A stretch of 32,000 nt of DNA, taken from assembly GCA_030156625.1 (NCBI GenBank), contig JASGMC010000010.1:1-32000 (forward strand), written 5' to 3'. Each line of letters opens with the position of its first letter. The first letter of the stretch is position 1. Under the pieces are notes generated by a model that saw nothing but the letters and a program-made list of their open reading frames with translations, was not told the DNA's origin and ran no database searches. The translations under genes were made by a program, and so were the position numbers. Below, piece by piece: positions 27,820 through 32,000 of this stretch. The DNA is from Methanoculleus sp. (GTDB lineage Archaea > Halobacteriota > Methanomicrobia > Methanomicrobiales > Methanoculleaceae).

Positions 27820-28011
27820 ATGCCCATGATGAACCAGATCGCAACCGGACTCGTCATTCTCGTGCTGCTCGTTGCCGGGACGGCACTGATACCGGTGGAA
27901 TATCCGCCGGACGATGAAGGCACAAGCGGGGGAATAGTGCTGTCGAAGACAAAAATCGGGATAATCCTGGTGGTCGCCATTGCGCTCTCTGCAACCATCT
28001 TCATGGAGTGA
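27820..28011 (+). CDS. Small two-TM protein, or N-terminal relic of a fourth module-B gene
   Basis: AGTALIPVEYPPDDEGTSGGIV parallels AGTALVPAVSPQDDEGSNRGIEIV at the N-terminus of the 26841 gene. Only 63 aa. Confidence 0.4.
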   Translation: MPMMNQIATGLVILVLLVAGTALIPVEYPPDDEGTSGGIVLSKTKIGIILVVAIALSATIFME

Positions 28012-28319
28012 GAGAGTTCAAGGATTTCTTCACGCGTCAGCGACATTTTCCTTGAATAACAAATATTTGCTCATTATATGTAGATCTATTCTTAATCTGC
28101 TCTCTAATTCTTGATTAAGGAACAATTGATACCCAGGTTAAAAAATTATGCCATAGTTGAACAGTTACCATCGGTTATCATAAGCGGGTCAGATATTTAT
28201 CAGAATGGGTCGACAGGACAGCATCTGGTCGTTATCAGTTACTATGATGCAGATTTTCCCATGGTTATCGCAGATACTTATGTGTAACTCCCATTTAGTT
28301 CGCGATATGATTGACGATG

Positions 28320-28504
28320 GAGAACGAGATAATTCGCGCCGGTTCAATGTTCACCGACACCTCCGATGCCTCGCCAACGAAATGTTACTGGACTTCGGTG
28401 ACGGTACGAACTCGACCATGCAGAACACAACGCATACTTACGAATCGCCCGGTAGTTACAACGTCACGTCCCGTACGTGGAACGACCACGGGAGCGATAC
28501 GGTG
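28320..28504 (+). pseudogene. PKD-domain remnant with a 1-nt frameshift, cut off by the right insert junction
   Basis: Frame 0 reads MFTDTSDASPTKCYW, then frame +2 reads DFGDGTNSTMQNTTHTYESPGSYNVTSRTWNDHGSDTVVG. tactggacttcggtgacggt lacks one G relative to tac tgg gac ttc ggt gac ggt. Confidence 0.7.
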
Positions 28505-28872
28505 GTGGGGGCACAACTTCCGGCCGGAGCCGGGCGGTGCTCGCGGGCAATCTTGTGGTGCCGCTCACCGAGCCGCGTCCGGAGGGCATCGTCGCGCCGG
28601 AGACCGGGGAGGACTACGACGAGGCGCTCTTCCTCCGGCTCCGCCGCCTCCGGAAGGTCGTTGCCGACCTCGATCGCGTGCCGCCGTTCGTCGTCTTCCA
28701 CGACCGGAGCCTCAAGGAGATGGCGAAGATCTACCCGGGCACCGGCGTCGCCCTTCTCCGGGTCTACGGGGTCAGCGAGGCGAAGCTGAAGCGTTATGGC
28801 AGGAGGTTCCTCGACGCCATCGATAAGCATTGCGCCGAACAGGGGATCGGACCGGAGCAACGGAGCGGGTGA
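28505..28872 (+). pseudogene. recQ: recQ 3' remnant: right 12-bp repeat plus WGHNFRPE (motif II continuation), then an internal deletion joining out of frame to the C-terminal/HRDC region
   Basis: 28506-28529 reads W G H N F R P E. From ~28534, in the +1 frame: AVLAGNLVVPLTE...YDEALFLRLRRLRKVVADLDRVPPFVVFHDRSLKEMAKIYP...VYGVSEAKLKRYGRRFLDAI, which is an HRDC domain. Confidence 0.85.
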
Positions 28873-28983
28873 CCCCGGCGGGAGGAACCGGGTCACAGAT
28901 CTGTAGCACCGCCGCCGCAACTACAGTTTTCTGACAAATCACTATATAAATCTGTAGTTCAGAGATTGTATTGGTGAAAAGCG

Positions 28984-29388
28984 ATGGTTGCACTTACTGA
29001 AGAGATGAAGGCAGCGTTTAGCACGATGAAGGCCTTCCCGGTCGCCACGGCCTCGAAGGACGGGTGGCCGAACGTGGTGCCGATCGGGTTCGTGGAACTC
29101 GTCGACGACGAGACGATCTGGATCGCGGACAACTTCATGAAGAAGACGCTTGCAAACGTCCGGGAGAACCCGAAGGTCTCCATCTACGTCTGGGGACCCG
29201 AGACGAAGGGCTGCTTCCAGGTCAAGGGCGACGTCGAGGTCAGGTCCGAAGGCCCGGAGTTCGAGAAGATGCAGCTCACCGTCCGGTCGAAGATGGCGAA
29301 GGCGCCGGCGAAGAACCTCCTCGTCATGAAGATCCGGGAGGTCTACGAGTGCTCTCCCGGGCCGAAGGCCGGGGAGAAGATCCTTTAA
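28984..29388 (+). CDS. Pyridoxamine 5'-phosphate oxidase-fold FMN-binding protein
   Basis: 134 aa. FPVATASKDGWPNVVPIGF...IWIADNFMKKTLANVRENPKVSI matches the split-barrel flavoprotein pattern. Confidence 0.75.
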   Translation: MVALTEEMKAAFSTMKAFPVATASKDGWPNVVPIGFVELVDDETIWIADNFMKKTLANVRENPKVSIYVWGPETKGCFQVKGDVEVRSEGPEFEKMQLTVRSKMAKAPAKNLLVMKIREVYECSPGPKAGEKIL

Positions 29389-30006
29389 AAACATTTTTGA
29401 TGGCCTCTGCCGGGGTTGTTTCCCCGGCCCCGTGCAGGAGAGGGGGTGAGCATCGGGAGGGTGTGATCCTCTCACTGCTTCTTCCCTCTGGCCGGTCGCG
29501 ACTCGTACAACGGTAATCACATTCTTTTTCCCTTCGGGAAGCCGTGACCCGAAGCCCTTCAATCTGCCCGGACTCCGTTCCCCTCATATCTTTGATGTTC
29601 TGCAGGGACTTCTTAGAGTATCCGCCCATAATGCCGGTCGTTAATGGGAGGCGTAGTTCTCAATGGACGGGGATGGGGAAAAGAAAAAGATCAAAATGCT
29701 GTCATTGTCGGAGATATTCTCTGGTTGATCGAGTTTGCGGTGACCTCTTCCGCCAATCCCCCTCCATTTTTGAACATGGCTCAGCCCACCGCCGTGGGGT
29801 GAACACGTACGTGTCCGTGTCGGCGGATGCAACAGAGGGCCGGGAAATATTCAGGCGCACAAATAAAAATGAATATTACCGTATTCCTTCTTCGGCCGGC
29901 AAGTACGAAGCACCCCCCGTCAGCCGACAACCGCCACCGTCCAGGTGGCCTCATCCGATCACATACTCGGGTGCATCTGCTGCCAGAGCACACAGGAGGT
30001 ATTGGA

Positions 30007-30798
30007 ATGCTGAACAAAACATGCATTGGCATGGCCATTCTCGTCGTCCTCTGCATCGGCCTGGTCGGCTGTGCGAGCGCACAGGAGGGCATCCCGACGC
30101 CGGACGGATTCGAGAAGACCCTGGTCTACATGGGTGCGGGCAAGTACGACCCGTCGGTCCCGCCGGAGGAGGGGAACCTCACCGAGTGGTACCACATGGA
30201 GGTCATGAACCGGACGGACGCCGAGATCGCTGAAGAACAGCAGGCGGCCGACGCCTACTTCGAAGAAACGTTCGGTCCCGGCCTGCCGCCAGCAATGGCC
30301 TTCGGGTTCGACCCGCGCAACGAGTACCGCGCCTACTACGTCTCCAACGAATCTGCCCCCTCGGAAGGCTGGGTCGTCCGTGACGGCGGGTTCATGGTCA
30401 TGATCCCCGAAGGCGGCATGAACCTGACCGGCACCTGGGGCGGTGAGAACGGCACGTTCGTGCCGGGCGGATCCTTCCTGGTCATCGGCGACTACAACAT
30501 CCTGATGAGCGAGGGGAACGAAACCGCGAACATGACCGACAACGCTACCGGCAACGCGACCGCTGAAGAGACGATGATCATCCACTACCAGTCCGCCGAA
30601 CCGATCATCCCGAGCCAGGAACTGGACGGCGCTTTCTTCTTCCGTTGCACCCTCATCAGTGACGAGTTCGGCGAGGGGATTGCCCAGGGCGTGAGCGCTC
30701 CGCAGATGGAGGACAACGTCACCCAGGCGAACATCCGCAACGTCCTGACCTTCCCGGCGTTCGGTCCGTCGATCGACCATACTGCGGGAACGGCCTGA
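30007..30798 (+). CDS. Secreted lipoprotein, sequon-rich, function unknown
   Basis: GGAGGT lies 9 nt upstream of ATG 30007. Signal plus lipobox: MLNKTCIGMAILVVLCIGLVGC. About ten N-x-S/T sequons. Confidence 0.7.
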   Translation: MLNKTCIGMAILVVLCIGLVGCASAQEGIPTPDGFEKTLVYMGAGKYDPSVPPEEGNLTEWYHMEVMNRTDAEIAEEQQAADAYFEETFGPGLPPAMAFGFDPRNEYRAYYVSNESAPSEGWVVRDGGFMVMIPEGGMNLTGTWGGENGTFVPGGSFLVIGDYNILMSEGNETANMTDNATGNATAEETMIIHYQSAEPIIPSQELDGAFFFRCTLISDEFGEGIAQGVSAPQMEDNVTQANIRNVLTFPAFGPSIDHTAGTA

Positions 30799-30808
30799 GA
30801 CGGGCTTT

Positions 30809-30841
30809 CGGCCGGTCTGCCGGCCGATCCCCCCTCTTTTT
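30809..30841. terminator. GC hairpin plus T-run between convergent genes
   Basis: cggccgg-tctg-ccggccg (30809-30826), followed by a C-rich tract and T5 (30837-30841). Confidence 0.45.
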
Positions 30842-32000
30842 AGAACCGGCGCGGATCGGTCTCCACATCGACTACGACCGGCACGTTCATCCGGACAGCC
30901 TCCCTGATGACCGGGCCGAGCGCTTCGGGCGTATCCACCCGGATACCCGTGGCCCCGCAGGCCTCTGCATACTCGACGAAATTGGGGTTGAGCAGATCCG
31001 TCCCGAAGTTCGGGTACTCCTCCATCATCTGCTCGACCTGGATCATCGCGAGCTGCCGGTTGTTCAGCACGACGACCACCATCGGCAGATCGTACTTCAC
31101 CGCCGTGACGAGATCGGCCATCGCCATGGAGAACCCGCCGTCGCCGGTGATGCAGACCGCCGTCCTCTCCGGGTAGGCGAGCTTCGCCGCGATCGCAGCC
31201 GGGAACCCGAACCCCATCGTCGCGAGGTAGCCCGACATGACCATCCGCTGCCGCTTCATCCGGAAGTTCCGGCCGAACCACCAGCAGTTCTCCCCGACGT
31301 CGACGGAGATGACCGCGTCGTCCGGCAGGGTCTCCGAGAGCACCTTCATGATGTACGGCGGACGGAGCGGCACCGCCGCAGCATCCGCCTCCCCGTCGCG
31401 CTGACGGTCCCATTCCTCTTTCAGCGCCCCGATCTGCCGGAGCGCCGCCGGGTCGTCCCGTCCCCGGATGCGTTCCAGCAGTTTTGGAAGCACGTACCGG
31501 CAGTTCCCCTGCAGCATCACTCCCTCAGGACCCTTCCCGAGTTTCTCCGGATCGACGTCTACCTGGACGAGGGGCACGTTCTCCGGGACACCGGTCAGTT
31601 TCGAGAACCCGACACCGAGGGTGATGAGCAGGTCCGCCCCGTCCGCGAGCTTCCTGGCCGACGGGGCACCGACATCGCCAAGGATACTCAGGAACCACGG
31701 TTCTGTCTCTGGAACAATGCCTTTTGCCCGGAACGTCGTCAGAATCGGCGCTTTGATCTTCTCGGCGAGAGCGACGACACCCCCGGCCGCGTCGTAGGCG
31801 CCCCATCCGGCAAGGATGGCCGGCCGCTCCGCCGCGTCGATCCGATCGGCCGCCCGCCGGAGGTCGGCATCGACCGGAAGGATATCGAGGGACGGCAGGC
31901 AGGACTCGCGGGTGCAAAACCCCGATGCGAGCGTTTCTTTCTGGATGTTGTTCGGAACCGAGAGCTGGGCGACGCCCCGCCGGAGAAACGCGTACTTCAG
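30840..32000 (-). CDS. Thiamine-pyrophosphate-dependent enzyme of the acetolactate synthase/pyruvate oxidase family (5' end outside the window)
   Basis: TPP-binding motif GDGGFSMAMADLVTAVKYDLPMVVVVLNN. My manual translation upstream of the track start (a GTG at 31577) stays open and reads ...TTFRAKGIVPETEPWFLSILGDVGAPSARKLADGADLLITLGVGFS, which is the central domain of this family. Confidence 0.85.
   Translation of the reverse strand: MKYAFLRRGVAQLSVPNNIQKETLASGFCTRESCLPSLDILPVDADLRRAADRIDAAERPAILAGWGAYDAAGGVVALAEKIKAPILTTFRAKGIVPETEPWFLSILGDVGAPSARKLADGADLLITLGVGFSKLTGVPENVPLVQVDVDPEKLGKGPEGVMLQGNCRYVLPKLLERIRGRDDPAALRQIGALKEEWDRQRDGEADAAAVPLRPPYIMKVLSETLPDDAVISVDVGENCWWFGRNFRMKRQRMVMSGYLATMGFGFPAAIAAKLAYPERTAVCITGDGGFSMAMADLVTAVKYDLPMVVVVLNNRQLAMIQVEQMMEEYPNFGTDLLNPNFVEYAEACGATGIRVDTPEALGPVIREAVRMNVPVVVDVETDPRRF

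Larger units (their letters stand above)
19606..28504. mobile_element. 8,899-bp inserted genomic island (no recognisable integrase or transposase; degraded or non-autonomous)
   Basis: It interrupts recQ between WGH and (N/D)FRPE and is bracketed by the 12-bp direct repeat. The central part is visibly AT-richer than the flanks. It contains several gene remnants plus the A/B surface-protein family. Confidence 0.8.

Noticed and set aside
27651-28046. 131-aa minus-strand ORF opposite the small two-TM gene
   Set aside because: No recognisable features. The plus-strand reading shows paralogy to the N-terminus of the 26841 gene, which favours the plus strand.
19606-28504. Calling the insert an IS element, transposon, casposon or provirus
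   Set aside because: I saw no transposase, integrase, Cas1, polymerase or capsid-like ORF and no terminal inverted repeats. One end lies inside a truncated gene. Only the neutral label of inserted island is supported.
28205-28826. Track ORFs 28205-28789 and 28311-28826 as real genes
   Set aside because: They are composites that read from the PKD relic across the insert junction into out-of-frame recQ sequence.
29959-31413. 484-aa minus-strand ORF spanning the lipoprotein gene and part of the TPP enzyme gene
   Set aside because: It overlaps two independently supported genes and crosses the hairpin/T-run terminator. Its composition is typical of a spurious GC-rich frame.

Overview
High-GC, archaeal-looking chromosome segment, probably from a Methanomicrobiales-type methanogen. 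That origin is inferred from AbrB-PhoU regulators, a Clp1/COG1341-type kinase, an MJ0936-type phosphoesterase, TATA-like AT-rich promoters and sequon-rich surface proteins. Positions 1-19.1 kb and 28.9-32 kb are mostly ordinary core genes. They include a DUF389 membrane protein, a phoU-pstB-fused pstC/A operon without pstS, a divergent AbrB-PhoU regulator and an ArsB/NhaD-type permease. They also include a Clp1-like kinase, two PNPOx-fold proteins, a secreted DUF4352-like glycoprotein, a phosphoesterase and a USP-USP-GNAT fusion with an orphan PAS histidine kinase. The rest are nadE, an endonuclease III-like gene, a lipoprotein and a partial TPP enzyme. The main result is that recQ is split exactly at helicase motif II. 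An 8,899-bp, visibly AT-richer insert (19606-28504) is bracketed by a perfect 12-bp direct repeat, GTGGGGGCACAA. The insert has no recognisable integrase or transposase. It carries a paralogous two-module surface-protein family. Domain A has a conserved GHG...SC(S)xLNES pattern reminiscent of clan-CD (caspase/legumain/gingipain-like) cysteine peptidases. Each A copy is followed by a roughly 260-aa module B, either fused or as a translationally coupled, membrane- or lipid-anchored gene. Several copies are decayed. I propose this A-B cassette as the candidate undescribed system. Other oddities are a gene broken by a 61-bp tandem duplication and a dispersed hairpin (REP-like) repeat family. All homology calls come from motif recognition by eye; no searches were run.
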